The notes beneath the pieces are model-generated. The model searched no databases. It was not told where the DNA came from and saw only the letters and a program-made list of their open reading frames with translations. A stretch of 64,000 bases of DNA from Candidatus Brevefilum sp. Lineage in GTDB: Bacteria; Chloroflexota; Anaerolineae; Anaerolineales; Anaerolineaceae. Positions within the stretch are counted from its first letter, which is position 1. Every line of letters starts with the position of its first letter. Positions 9,453-19,158 of this stretch are shown here, piece after piece. The position numbers and the translations under genes are program-made. The stretch is taken from assembly GCA_035376985.1 (NCBI GenBank), contig DAOSSA010000004.1:24-64023 (forward strand), read 5' to 3'.

Positions 9453-9755
9453 AACATACCTCTAATCATTCTGCAGCCGTGTTGATACTGGCTAATAATC
9501 GCATTTGTGACTGGTAATCATACTTGATGATCGTGAAAAACGCCATTTGCTGTTTGCAATCCGCAGAGCCTGTGGAGTTCCCCTGCAGTATTTTGATCAC
9601 CTGGCCTCGGGTACAATCATACAGGCTTTCGTGGTGACAAATCAGAATATTTTAAATACGCGTTGCCCTGATTTAATTTGCATGAGTATTTGACTTGTCA
9701 TTAGGCCAGAGATATACTTTCAACTTGAGATAAGCAAGAAAAATTGGAGGTTGTT

Positions 9756-10826
9756 TTGAAAACTGCATTGATCACAGGCATCACCGGGCAGGATGGTTCC
9801 TACCTGGCTGAGTTGCTTTTACATAAGGGCTATGAAGTTCATGGGTTAATTCGTCGTTCCAGTACTTTCAATACTCGCCGAATTGACCATATCTATCGCG
9901 ATCCCCACGGCAATAACGGAAAGGTTAACCTGTTTTTGCATTATGGCGATGTCACCGCCGGTGACACGCTATTGGACGTGCTTTATAATGTGAAGCCCGA
10001 TGAAGTGTATCATTTAGCAGCCCAGAGCCATGTGCGGGTGAGCTTTGATATGCCCGAATATACCGGCGATGTGACGGGATTGGGTACCGTGCGCATCCTG
10101 GAAGCAATCCGCAAAGCCGGGATGAAATCCCGTTTCTACCAGGCCTCATCCAGTGAGCTTTTCGGCGATTCAAAGCCCCCACAGAGCGAAAACACCCCCT
10201 TCAGGCCGCGCAGCCCCTACGCGGCAGCAAAACTTTACGGTTACTGGATTGCCAACAACTACCGGGAAGGTTATGGTATGTACGCGGTCAATGGCATCCT
10301 GTTCAACCATGAATCGCCGCGCCGTGGCGAGACCTTTGTGACCCGGAAAATCACCCGCGGATTGGCGAATATCATGGCTGGCAACCAGAAGCATCTTTAC
10401 CTGGGCAACCTCGAATCCCGGCGGGATTGGGGGTATGCACCCGAGTATGTGGAGATGATGAACCTGATGCTGCAGCAGGAGCAGCCGGAGGATTTTGTGA
10501 TCGGCACCGGGGAGGCACACACGATTGCGGAGTTTCTGGATGAAGCCTTTGGTTATGTAGATTTGGACTGGCATGATTATGTGCGCATCGACCCGCGATA
10601 CTTGCGACCAACCGAGGTGGATTACCTGGAAGCGGACACAAAAAAGGCCAAAAAGCTGCTCAACTGGGAGCCGCGAGTGAAATTCCATGAGCTGGTGCGG
10701 ATCATGGTCGACGCCGACCTGGCACTGGTCGGTCTGGAAGCACCTGGCGATGGAAAGCGGATCATTGAAGAGAAGTTCTCTGGTTGGCACCGCTGGGAAG
10801 ACCAGGTCGTATCGATGGAACGTTGA
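9756..10826 (+). CDS. gmd: GDP-mannose 4,6-dehydratase
   Basis: [59 protein letters not shown]. Confidence 0.97.
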   Translation: MKTALITGITGQDGSYLAELLLHKGYEVHGLIRRSSTFNTRRIDHIYRDPHGNNGKVNLFLHYGDVTAGDTLLDVLYNVKPDEVYHLAAQSHVRVSFDMPEYTGDVTGLGTVRILEAIRKAGMKSRFYQASSSELFGDSKPPQSENTPFRPRSPYAAAKLYGYWIANNYREGYGMYAVNGILFNHESPRRGETFVTRKITRGLANIMAGNQKHLYLGNLESRRDWGYAPEYVEMMNLMLQQEQPEDFVIGTGEAHTIAEFLDEAFGYVDLDWHDYVRIDPRYLRPTEVDYLEADTKKAKKLLNWEPRVKFHELVRIMVDADLALVGLEAPGDGKRIIEEKFSGWHRWEDQVVSMER

Positions 10827-10881
10827 CCGTGAAAAAGGTTGAAATTACCTGCGATCTTTGCTATAATTTAATTGTGTAAAA

Positions 10882-11153
10882 AACCAGCGGAAGAGTAACG
10901 CATCACCGCCTGCCAGAGAAGGAACGCCACAGGCTGAAAGCGTCCACAGGAGTGGGATGGGTGAAGTCGCCGCAGGGAATTGCTGAAGAAAGTCCGCCGA
11001 TAACCCAATTCGTGGCGGGTGAGTAGAACGGCACGGGAACGCCCGTTATCGTGTGGCCGGATGATGGTCTGGCATGAGTGCGCTGGCTAAGGCTGGCGAA
11101 TTGAGGTGGTACCGCGGAAGCAACCTTTCGTCCTCTGGGATGAAAGGTTTTTT
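10882..11153 (+). promoter_or_regulatory. T-box riboswitch (valine) with intrinsic terminator
   Basis: AGAGA and GCTG distal-loop motifs, specifier GAA-GTC (Val, 10966-10968), T-box AATTGAGGTGGTACCGCG (11099-11116), terminator AACCTTTCGTCC/GGGATGAAAGGTT plus T tract. Confidence 0.92.
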
Positions 11154-11190
11154 TGTTAATCATATTGATTTTTATTGAGGAGTGTGTCTG

Positions 11191-13890
11191 ATGGCTAAAG
11201 AACTGCCGAAAACCTATGACTTCAACGAAACGGAAGGGCTTATTTACCAGTGGTGGTGGGAGCGTGGTTATTTTAAACCCAGTAATGACCCCCAAGAGAC
11301 GGGTTTTAATCCCGAGATTAAGCCCTTTGTGATCTCAATACCGCCGCCGAATGTAACCGGCAGCCTGCATCTGGGTCATGCCCTATTTGTTGCCATGGAA
11401 GATTTGATGATTCGCTATCACCGGATGAAGGGCGAGCCTGCTTTGTGGGTACCCGGGACGGATCACGCAGGCATTGCCACCCAATTGCAGGTTGAAATGA
11501 TGCTGCGGGAGCAGGGCACCAGCCGCGAGGAGGTTGGACGGGAGAAATTTCTTGAACACGCCTGGGCATGGAAGAAGAAATACGGCGGCATCATCACGCA
11601 GCAAATTCGGCGATTGGGTGCGTCTTGCGATTGGAGCCGAGAGCGCTTCACCCTTGATGAAGGATTAACGCATGCTGTGCGGGAGGCTTTTGTTTTACTG
11701 TACGAAAAAGGTTGGATCTATCGTGGTCCGCGAATGATCAACTGGTCGCCCGGACTGCAAACGGCAGTGTCTGATCTGGAGGTTGTATACTCCGAAGAAC
11801 CCGGCAAGCTGTACTACTTTAAATACCGCATCTCTGGCAGTGATGCCTTCATCCCGGTGGCAACCACTCGCCCCGAAACAATCCTGGGAGATACCGCGGT
11901 GGCAGTCCATCCCGAAGATGAGCGCTTCAAGCATCTGGTGGGAAAGACGGCGCTTGTTCCGATACTGGGACGAGAGATCCCGGTGATCGCTGATGCATAT
12001 GTCGACCGGGAATTTGGTACCGGTGCGCTCAAAATCACGCCTGCGCATGACCCCAACGACTATGTCATTGGAGAACGGCACAACCTGGAGTTTATCAATG
12101 TGATGAATAAAGATGCTACGATCAACGAGAACGGTGGCCCGTATGCCGGGTTAGACCGCATGGCATGTCGGCAGAAGCTGTGGGCGGACATGGAGGCGGA
12201 AGGCCTGGTGATTAAGGTAGAGCCTTATCAGATGAAGGTACCGCGCTCTCAGCGCGGGGGCGAGCTAATCGAGCCGATGATCTCCACGCAGTGGTTTGTG
12301 AACGTGAGCGCCATGGCACAATCTGCTCTGGACGCCGTCAAGGATGGCCGCATTGAGATCATCCCCGAGCGGTTTAAAAAGGTGTACTACAACTGGTTGG
12401 AGAACATTGAAGATTGGTGCATCAGCCGGCAGTTGTGGTGGGGGCACCGTATCCCTGTGTGGTATTGCGATGATTGTGGTGCGAAAATGGTGGCTCGATC
12501 AGAGCCCACGCATTGTCAGCAGTGTGGCAGCACCCATCTGCAGCAGGACCCAGATGTGCTGGATACCTGGTTCTCCTCAGCTCTGTGGCCATTCTCAACG
12601 CTTGGCTGGCCTGAGCAGACAGCGGATCTGGCTTATTTTTATCCCACGTCTGTGATGGAGACGGGATATGATATTTTATTTTTCTGGGTGGCGCGTATGA
12701 TCATGGCTGGCTTAGAGTTCACCGGGCAGGCACCTTTCCACACCGTCTATTTACACGGGATGATCAAGGATGAATACGGACAAATTATGAGCAAAACTAA
12801 GAACAATGTGATCGATCCGCTGATAGTCATGGATGAGCTTGGCACAGATGCGCTGCGATTTACCTTGCTGGTCGGCACAACACCCGGGAACGACCCGAAT
12901 ATTTCGCTGAAAAAGGTGGAAGCCAATCGAAATTTTGCCAACAAGTTGTGGAATGCCGGCCGCTACGTGATCCGCAACCTGGAAAACCTACCTGCTGCGC
13001 CGGACGATGAACCGAATTGGACCCTGGCGGATCACTGGATCCGGGCACGCATGAAGCAGCTCAGTGAAACGGTCAATCGTCTGTTTGAAAGTTACCAGTT
13101 TGGTGAAGCCGGACGCCAGGTTTACGATTTTTTCTGGGGAGAGTTCGCTGATTGGTATTTGGAAATCTCCAAAGATCAGATCGCTGAAGGTGGGGACCGG
13201 GCGTTTTATACGGTGCAGACGCTGGTCAGGATTTTTGATACCTGTCTGCGGTTTTTACACCCGTTCACGCCCTTTGTTACGGAAGCGTTGTGGGGTCACC
13301 TGCGAAGTACGTGTGTAGATGTGTCGGATGCGTTGGCGCCAGAAGGCGGATGGGAGGATGCATTGATTGTTGCCCGCTGGCCTGAACAAGAATCGGCGGA
13401 AGGCTGGGGGTTGGAAGCGATTGAGGATTTTGTCTTGATCCAGGAGATGGTGCGGGCGATTCGCAACATCCGCTCTGAATACAAGGTCGAACCGCAGCGA
13501 AAAATTTCCTGCACGATCGGCGCTGGCGGAAAATCCGCCATGCTCAGCACGCAACGTCAGATATTCGTGTCCCTGGCCGGGATTGACCCGCAGGGGCTGG
13601 AGATTGTTGAGACGCGATTAGAACCGGGGGATGATCGGGTTAATCTGGTGGTGGCGCCGGTGGAGATCAGCCTACCATTGGAGGGTTTGATTGATTTAGA
13701 TGCTGAGCGCGCTCGCCTGGAGAAAGAATTAGGAGAAACGCAAGCACAGATCCAGCGGTTGGAGAATTTACTGGCGAGTCCTTTTGCGCAGAAGGCGCCG
13801 GCGGAGGTGGTGGCGAAAGAGCGCGAGAAGTTGGCAACTTACCAGGAGACTGCCTCTCGTTTACTGCAGCAGTTGGGTGGTAGCTTGTAG
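11191..13890 (+). CDS. valS: valine--tRNA ligase
   Basis: PPPNVTGSLHLGH (HIGH), WCISRQLWWGHRIP, IMSKTKNN (KMSKS), C-terminal coiled coil. Confidence 0.98.
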   Translation: MAKELPKTYDFNETEGLIYQWWWERGYFKPSNDPQETGFNPEIKPFVISIPPPNVTGSLHLGHALFVAMEDLMIRYHRMKGEPALWVPGTDHAGIATQLQVEMMLREQGTSREEVGREKFLEHAWAWKKKYGGIITQQIRRLGASCDWSRERFTLDEGLTHAVREAFVLLYEKGWIYRGPRMINWSPGLQTAVSDLEVVYSEEPGKLYYFKYRISGSDAFIPVATTRPETILGDTAVAVHPEDERFKHLVGKTALVPILGREIPVIADAYVDREFGTGALKITPAHDPNDYVIGERHNLEFINVMNKDATINENGGPYAGLDRMACRQKLWADMEAEGLVIKVEPYQMKVPRSQRGGELIEPMISTQWFVNVSAMAQSALDAVKDGRIEIIPERFKKVYYNWLENIEDWCISRQLWWGHRIPVWYCDDCGAKMVARSEPTHCQQCGSTHLQQDPDVLDTWFSSALWPFSTLGWPEQTADLAYFYPTSVMETGYDILFFWVARMIMAGLEFTGQAPFHTVYLHGMIKDEYGQIMSKTKNNVIDPLIVMDELGTDALRFTLLVGTTPGNDPNISLKKVEANRNFANKLWNAGRYVIRNLENLPAAPDDEPNWTLADHWIRARMKQLSETVNRLFESYQFGEAGRQVYDFFWGEFADWYLEISKDQIAEGGDRAFYTVQTLVRIFDTCLRFLHPFTPFVTEALWGHLRSTCVDVSDALAPEGGWEDALIVARWPEQESAEGWGLEAIEDFVLIQEMVRAIRNIRSEYKVEPQRKISCTIGAGGKSAMLSTQRQIFVSLAGIDPQGLEIVETRLEPGDDRVNLVVAPVEISLPLEGLIDLDAERARLEKELGETQAQIQRLENLLASPFAQKAPAEVVAKEREKLATYQETASRLLQQLGGSL

Positions 13891-13946
13891 CTGGTAGTTG
13901 GTGGCTGGTAGCAGGTAGTTGGTAGTCGGTAGGTGGTAGGTGGTAG
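13877..13946. repeat. degenerate heptamer tandem array (NNGGTAG)x10
   Basis: gtggtag cttgtag ctggtag ttggtgg ctggtag caggtag ttggtag tcggtag gtggtag gtggtag. Confidence 0.85.
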
Positions 13947-14017
13947 CTTAAAAGCTGTATTCAAACCAAGGTATGTTTCCAGAGACCGCGGGACTTTTTA
14001 GCATAGCCGGTGAAGGT

Positions 14018-14205
14018 TTGTGGTAAACCCCGCGGGTCTTTGTTTAATGGTTACTTTAGATTGATGTCACAGAATGAAATAATTTTATTTCTTCAGACCC
14101 GCGGGGTATTGAGGACTTGTGATAAACCTCGCGGATCTCGGTTAATGGTTATTTTGGATTAATGTCGCAGTTGAATTAATTTTATTTCTTCAAACCCGCG
14201 GGGTT
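14018..14205. repeat. two tandem ~98-bp REP/MITE-like units, each bounded by inverted repeats
   Basis: Unit 1 has the perfect 13-bp IR ACCCCGCGGGTCT (14027-14039)/AGACCCGCGGGGT (14095-14107) around an AT-rich core; unit 2 (14117-14205) is a diverged copy. Confidence 0.8.
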
Positions 14206-14217
14206 CTCAGGCGCAGA

Positions 14218-15942
14218 TTACGGCACGCGAAGGTGTTCGCGCTGCATGAGGCGTCTGAGAATGGCCAGGGATGTGGCGTATGTGGAATCAACCCCAAAAT
14301 AAGACAGGGCGCCAGCGCCAAGGTTGCCGCCCTTGGTGAGGGGCGTATCCGAAGCGTAATGAAGAATGCCCAAATCAAAGGGCACGCCATACAGATTAAC
14401 GATTTCATTAACGGGGTGGCGCGTCGGGCGATACAGCTCAGACACAGCCGAAAGATACGGGCCGGCTTCCATTTCAATATCCGTATAGCCTTCGCGGTAA
14501 ATCACTTCCATGACCTGAGAATTTTGCAGATAAGTTCCTAAAACAGAGACTGATTTCTGGTTATCTAAAACCGTGCCATAAACGAGGTATGGTCTGACAT
14601 CGCTGGCAGAGAAACAGTTGTGAAACATGTAGGTGTTTTGTGAATGCTCATCATAGATTACGTTGGGGATCATCACATCCCCACGGCGCCCGTTGAGGGT
14701 CGCTGCCTTGCCCATGATGTAGATTCCCAGCAACGAATTGGCGTGTTCTGCAATTTTTACCAGCAGGTTGTATGCGGCAAATCCAAGTGGATAATCAATA
14801 TTCAGAATGAGGGCGTCGCTTGCTTTCAGAAATGACCAATCCGCATCCTGGGCAGAAAATCCGGTTGGTGAAAGGCGGGGATCGATGGTCTCGGGATTGA
14901 GGGCAGCCAGATCAATAATTTGCGCCTCAATGTCGAAGGCATGTTCGCTGGGTAAGCGGTAAACGCCGTTTGATCCCTCAAATTCTGCCTGTGCAGCAAC
15001 CAGGTCTTTACCCTGTGGCGTGGCCTGGTATTTCTTCAGGACATAGTAAAGAAAATTTTCAGGCCGCGAGGGGATTTCTTGCTGGTTGATATCGCGCCAT
15101 TCAGCCAGCAGATCTTCATCGCCGGCGGTGTGAAGGTAGTGGGCCAGGCGCTCTTTCTGGGTGAGGGCAAAGCCAGTCAGCAAATTGGGAATACTGTGAG
15201 TGTTGCTGGAAATGAAGTAGACCGGCCGGTGGTTGATCTGCGGAACACTTGTTGCGATATTATCCCACCAGTAACGGGTGGCCCGGCGATACTCATTGAG
15301 AGACCCGCTGAGAAGCTGCACCTCCAGATCTAATTTCTGTGACTGGATGCGGTTAAGCATGGGTTGAAATCCTTCGCCCCAGATAATTTGCAAACGCCGC
15401 AGCTCAATTGGCGAGATCCTGAGGTGATGGACTAAATTGTCAAAGCCTTCCATTTCGCTAAGCGAGGCGCTGGTCAGGATTTCACGTGGGGCATCGACCA
15501 AGAAACGATGGAGTTTGTTCCATTCGATCTGGTACGCAGTCAACAAGGGGATGACATCATCAATATCCGAGCGAGAGGCAATATAGCAAGCCAACAAGCT
15601 TTTGCCGTCAAAGAAACAACGGCGGCGGCGGGCGCGTGCGGTCGCCGCAGTCCAATTTTCAATAGCGTGGTAGCCGAATTGTTCAAACACAGTCCCGCTT
15701 TGCGCTAATAAGACGGCCTGGACATCCGGTATACAGTCTGGCAGGCGTAAATTCGCATAGATAAAAGCATAAATATCCGGTTGTTCCTGGCGCGCAAGCG
15801 GATGCAGGGAAGAGTTCATCCCCGCGTGAACTTCTTCAAGCGAGCGGATGCGCACCCGTTCTGTTGAGCGCAGCAATGAGTAGATTGTGCGAATGTAGAG
15901 GTCAATTTCATCAGAGGCTCGGGTTGGGACGGTTCTTTCCAT
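14218..15942 (-). CDS. conserved hypothetical protein (DUF6909-like) with C-terminal nucleoside phosphorylase-like motifs
   Basis: 574 aa; N-terminal EIDLYIRTIYSLLRS; C-terminal MGKAATLNG and DIEMEAGPY resemble PNP/UDP-family motifs. Confidence 0.55.
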   Translation of the reverse strand: MERTVPTRASDEIDLYIRTIYSLLRSTERVRIRSLEEVHAGMNSSLHPLARQEQPDIYAFIYANLRLPDCIPDVQAVLLAQSGTVFEQFGYHAIENWTAATARARRRRCFFDGKSLLACYIASRSDIDDVIPLLTAYQIEWNKLHRFLVDAPREILTSASLSEMEGFDNLVHHLRISPIELRRLQIIWGEGFQPMLNRIQSQKLDLEVQLLSGSLNEYRRATRYWWDNIATSVPQINHRPVYFISSNTHSIPNLLTGFALTQKERLAHYLHTAGDEDLLAEWRDINQQEIPSRPENFLYYVLKKYQATPQGKDLVAAQAEFEGSNGVYRLPSEHAFDIEAQIIDLAALNPETIDPRLSPTGFSAQDADWSFLKASDALILNIDYPLGFAAYNLLVKIAEHANSLLGIYIMGKAATLNGRRGDVMIPNVIYDEHSQNTYMFHNCFSASDVRPYLVYGTVLDNQKSVSVLGTYLQNSQVMEVIYREGYTDIEMEAGPYLSAVSELYRPTRHPVNEIVNLYGVPFDLGILHYASDTPLTKGGNLGAGALSYFGVDSTYATSLAILRRLMQREHLRVP

Positions 15943-16257
15943 GAAAACTCACTTATTCAGATGCTTGTGTTTGGCGTTGAAAAACTAATTCTTCTAAATT
16001 TCTAAGTCTTATTCTACCCTGATTAATGCCGTTTCAAACTTATTAACCGGCTGTGCTGATCAGCCTGCGTTTCTTTTCTGCAAAAAACCATGTGATTACG
16101 GTTTGCGTTGTGGAAAGAGAATTGATTAATCAAGCGATTTGCATTAAGTCGATAAGGAGTTTCTCCTGGCTGAGCTGGTTATCGTTGTTTGGTTAACGAA
16201 ACTTCATTCCTTCGGTACAATATAACCAATGTTTTTGATCTTGAATTTGAGAGCGTG

Positions 16258-16884
16258 ATGATGATAAAAACCATCTTCTTTGATTTTGGCGGTGTGATTC
16301 TGAAACAGCCCAATGAGCGCAAGTTGAAACTGTGGAAGAAAGCTCTGGGCGTCAAGGACCATCCTGAGGTTCTGGATATGCTGGAAAACCCGCATGACTC
16401 TCAACTGGTCAAGAACATCTGCCTGGGAAAATTGCCAGAGGATTATTTGTGGACCATGATGGCTGAGAAATGGCACCTGAGACCCGCGGTGATTCGGTTC
16501 TTAAAACGAAGGATGTCCTCGAAACGCCAGATAAACCAACCGATTGTCGATTTTTTGGCGGAACTGCATGGTCAATACCAAATTTCGATTTTAAGTAATG
16601 CGGGCGATCAAACCCGGAGGCTGCTGGAGGATACCTACCAGCTAAAGCGTTATGTGGACGATATCATCATTTCTGCAGAGGAGGGAGTGATTAAACCAGA
16701 TCGGCGCATTTTTGAAATCGCTATGTCACGTTTGGGCACAACGCCTGGGCGTTCACTTCTTTTAGATGACCATCTGCCCAATGTAATGGCCGCACGGGAA
16801 TTTGGCATGCATGCGGTGCATTTTATCAGCTCGCACCAGGCGATTGATACGGTGCGCGTCCACCTGGATGGAAGGCATTCCTGA
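16258..16884 (+). CDS. HAD-family phosphatase
   Basis: FFDFGGVI motif I, LSNA motif II, KPDRRIF motif III, LLDD motif IV. Confidence 0.9.
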   Translation: MMIKTIFFDFGGVILKQPNERKLKLWKKALGVKDHPEVLDMLENPHDSQLVKNICLGKLPEDYLWTMMAEKWHLRPAVIRFLKRRMSSKRQINQPIVDFLAELHGQYQISILSNAGDQTRRLLEDTYQLKRYVDDIIISAEEGVIKPDRRIFEIAMSRLGTTPGRSLLLDDHLPNVMAAREFGMHAVHFISSHQAIDTVRVHLDGRHS

Positions 16885-17549
16885 TGCTGTACCTGGTTGC
16901 GACGCCGATTGGCAACCTGGGTGATATTACACTGCGGGCATTGGACGTGTTGCGTTGTGTAGATCTGATTGCCAGCGAAGATACGCGCAAAACCTCAATT
17001 TTGTTGGGACATTATGATATTCACAAGCCCCAAAAGAGCTATCACGCCTTCAACGAGGAGAAGGTTGTGCCAAAGCTGGTTGACCTGCTTCTGGAAGGGA
17101 AATCGATTGCGGTGGTCTCCAGCGCAGGGACGCCGGGCATCTCTGATCCCGGCTATTCGCTGGTGCAGGCTGCGATTGTGCATGAGATTCCGGTCACAGC
17201 GATACCGGGCCCCAACGCCCTGGTGCTTGCGTTGACCTTATCGGGCTTACCCGGGCACAGTTTTACATATAAGGGCTTCTCGCCACGCAAATCCGCAGCA
17301 CGTCGGCGGTTTATCAGCACTGAAGCGGAATCGCCCCATACTTTGATCTTCTATGAAAGCCCTCACAGGATCCAGGCGTTTCTGGCAGATGCGTTGGCTG
17401 TCCTGGGAGATCGACAGGCAGCGCTGGCTAACGATTTAACCAAGAAGTTTGAATCCCTTCAACGGGGTCGATTGAGCGAACTACTGGAAACATTTAATCA
17501 GGAAGCCCCCCGCGGCGAATACACGGTGGTGATTGAAGGTGCGCGGTAG
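16884..17549 (+). CDS. rsmI: 16S rRNA (cytidine1402-2'-O)-methyltransferase, copy 1
   Basis: [45 protein letters not shown]. Confidence 0.92.
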   Translation: MLYLVATPIGNLGDITLRALDVLRCVDLIASEDTRKTSILLGHYDIHKPQKSYHAFNEEKVVPKLVDLLLEGKSIAVVSSAGTPGISDPGYSLVQAAIVHEIPVTAIPGPNALVLALTLSGLPGHSFTYKGFSPRKSAARRRFISTEAESPHTLIFYESPHRIQAFLADALAVLGDRQAALANDLTKKFESLQRGRLSELLETFNQEAPRGEYTVVIEGAR

Positions 17550-17557
17550 GCGCTTTC

Positions 17558-18313
17558 TCAGAACTTGAAGGGCGAAAAGTTGGTTTCATCGTCGAAAACG
17601 TCGATACCTTCTGTGTGTTTTAACCTGTTAACAACCCGGTAGGTGAGGGGTGTTACGACGATTTCGATACCAAGTTTAAAGATATAATTAGTAATGGTCA
17701 GACTCCAGAACAAGCTCCATGGGAACACACCCAGGGCACTGGCAATTAAGATGAAGGTAAAGGTGTCAAAAGCCTGTCCGATGACACTGCTGCCGATCGT
17801 GCGAGCCCACAGGAATTTCCCTTTGGTACGGATTTTCATCGAAGCCATGACAATGGCATTGGAAAAAGATCCAGCCAGATAGCCTGCCAGGCTAGCCACA
17901 ACGATGGCACCCGAGCTCATGCTCCCCAGTATCTTGTTGAAGTTTTCCTGGCCGACCCTGGTCTGCCAGGTGACCTCTCCGGGAAGCACCTGGACAAACC
18001 AGAACACCAGCGCACTGAAGGCCAGGGCGCCAAAGCCGAGCCAGATAATGCGCCTTGAGCGTTTGAAACCGTAAACTTCGGTCAGAACATCACCAACGAT
18101 ATAGCTGATTGGGAACAGGATTGTCCCGGCGTCAAAGCTGAGAGACAAGTTCCCCAGGCGGGCTCCCCAATCGATGATCTTGGCAGAGGAGGCAATATTG
18201 CTGAGTACCAGTGTAAGGACAAAGATCGTTGTGAGGATGTCCAGATAATGAAAGGATTGTGTTTCGGAGAGAGTGTTTTGTTTTTTCACAGTAGGCTCCG
18301 TTTGAATACTCAA
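17558..18313 (-). CDS. yhhQ: queuosine precursor transporter (YhhQ/VUT family)
   Basis: LFPISYIVGDVLTEVYGFKRSRRIIWLGF and ARTIGSSVIGQAFDT motifs; multiple TM helices. Confidence 0.88.
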   Translation of the reverse strand: MSIQTEPTVKKQNTLSETQSFHYLDILTTIFVLTLVLSNIASSAKIIDWGARLGNLSLSFDAGTILFPISYIVGDVLTEVYGFKRSRRIIWLGFGALAFSALVFWFVQVLPGEVTWQTRVGQENFNKILGSMSSGAIVVASLAGYLAGSFSNAIVMASMKIRTKGKFLWARTIGSSVIGQAFDTFTFILIASALGVFPWSLFWSLTITNYIFKLGIEIVVTPLTYRVVNRLKHTEGIDVFDDETNFSPFKF

Positions 18314-18330
18314 GTTAAGTATACCTTGCT

Positions 18331-19074
18331 ATGCATCATTTCTTTTTAAGCCCGGATGACATCCACGATTTACAGGTCATCTTCCCTGCCCAGGTTTCTC
18401 ACCAAATCAAGCATGTCTTACGCCTGGCGACAGGCGATCGTGTCGCTGTGCTGGACAATTGTGGGTCAATCTACACTGTAGTTCTGCGGAATGAAACTGC
18501 AGGAGGTCAACGCGTTGGTGATATTGTTAGTACTCAAATGGCTACATCCGAACCCCAGGTGCAGATTTCGCTTTTCATTGGACTGTCCAGCCGTGAAAAG
18601 ATGGAGTGGATTTTCCAGAAGGGCACTGAAATTGGTGTGTCTGCTTTTTGCCCTTTTGTTTCTACACGGACATTGGTGAGCAATACCGGATTGACTGAGG
18701 GAAAAATGTCTCGCTGGAAGCGGATCATCCAGGAAGCAGCAGAACAATCCGGGCGTGGAAAGCTGCCGGTGCTGAATGCACCGGAGAAATTGGCTGATTG
18801 CTTGCGTAATGCAACCCAAACGAATGGGCTGTGCCTGCTGGCTTGGGAAGGCTTGCCTGAGGATGGGGCTAACTTAAAGGAAGCACTGCGAGGTTTCACA
18901 GGAGACAAGCTGGCGTTGTTCGTGGGACCAGAAGGCGGCTTTTCTGATGCTGAAGTGGCTTCAGCGCAGGGTGCTGGATGCCAGGTGGTTACCCTGGGCG
19001 CCCGGATTTTTCGAATGGAAACAGCAGCGATTGTTTTTCCGGCCCTGGCTCTTCATGAGCTTGGTCATGTATAA
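18331..19074 (+). CDS. rsmE: 16S rRNA (uracil1498-N3)-methyltransferase
   Basis: HQIKHVLRL, QKGTEIGV, EAAEQSGR, VGPEGGFS, LGARIFRMETAA. Confidence 0.95.
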   Translation: MHHFFLSPDDIHDLQVIFPAQVSHQIKHVLRLATGDRVAVLDNCGSIYTVVLRNETAGGQRVGDIVSTQMATSEPQVQISLFIGLSSREKMEWIFQKGTEIGVSAFCPFVSTRTLVSNTGLTEGKMSRWKRIIQEAAEQSGRGKLPVLNAPEKLADCLRNATQTNGLCLLAWEGLPEDGANLKEALRGFTGDKLALFVGPEGGFSDAEVASAQGAGCQVVTLGARIFRMETAAIVFPALALHELGHV

Positions 19075-19158
19075 TTTTCGGTAATGTGATATGATTTGGT
19101 AACTTTAGTCTTTATTCAGAGTTAAACAGTGTAATCATCTTTAGAATAGGAATTCAAC

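Noticed and set aside
9260-9469. ORF MIRGMFWKNSPLETRPP... as a separate gene
   Set aside because: It is an off-frame shadow of the selenoprotein 5' half; the TTG frame gives the recognisable AhpC/TSA sequence.
14018-14205. Possible CRISPR array
   Set aside because: Only two units, the interiors are homologous rather than unique spacers, and no cas genes are in the window.
18313-18420. preQ1 riboswitch upstream of yhhQ or tgt
   Set aside because: There is no room upstream of yhhQ (17-bp spacer) and no preQ1-like motif was seen; tgt is internal to an operon.
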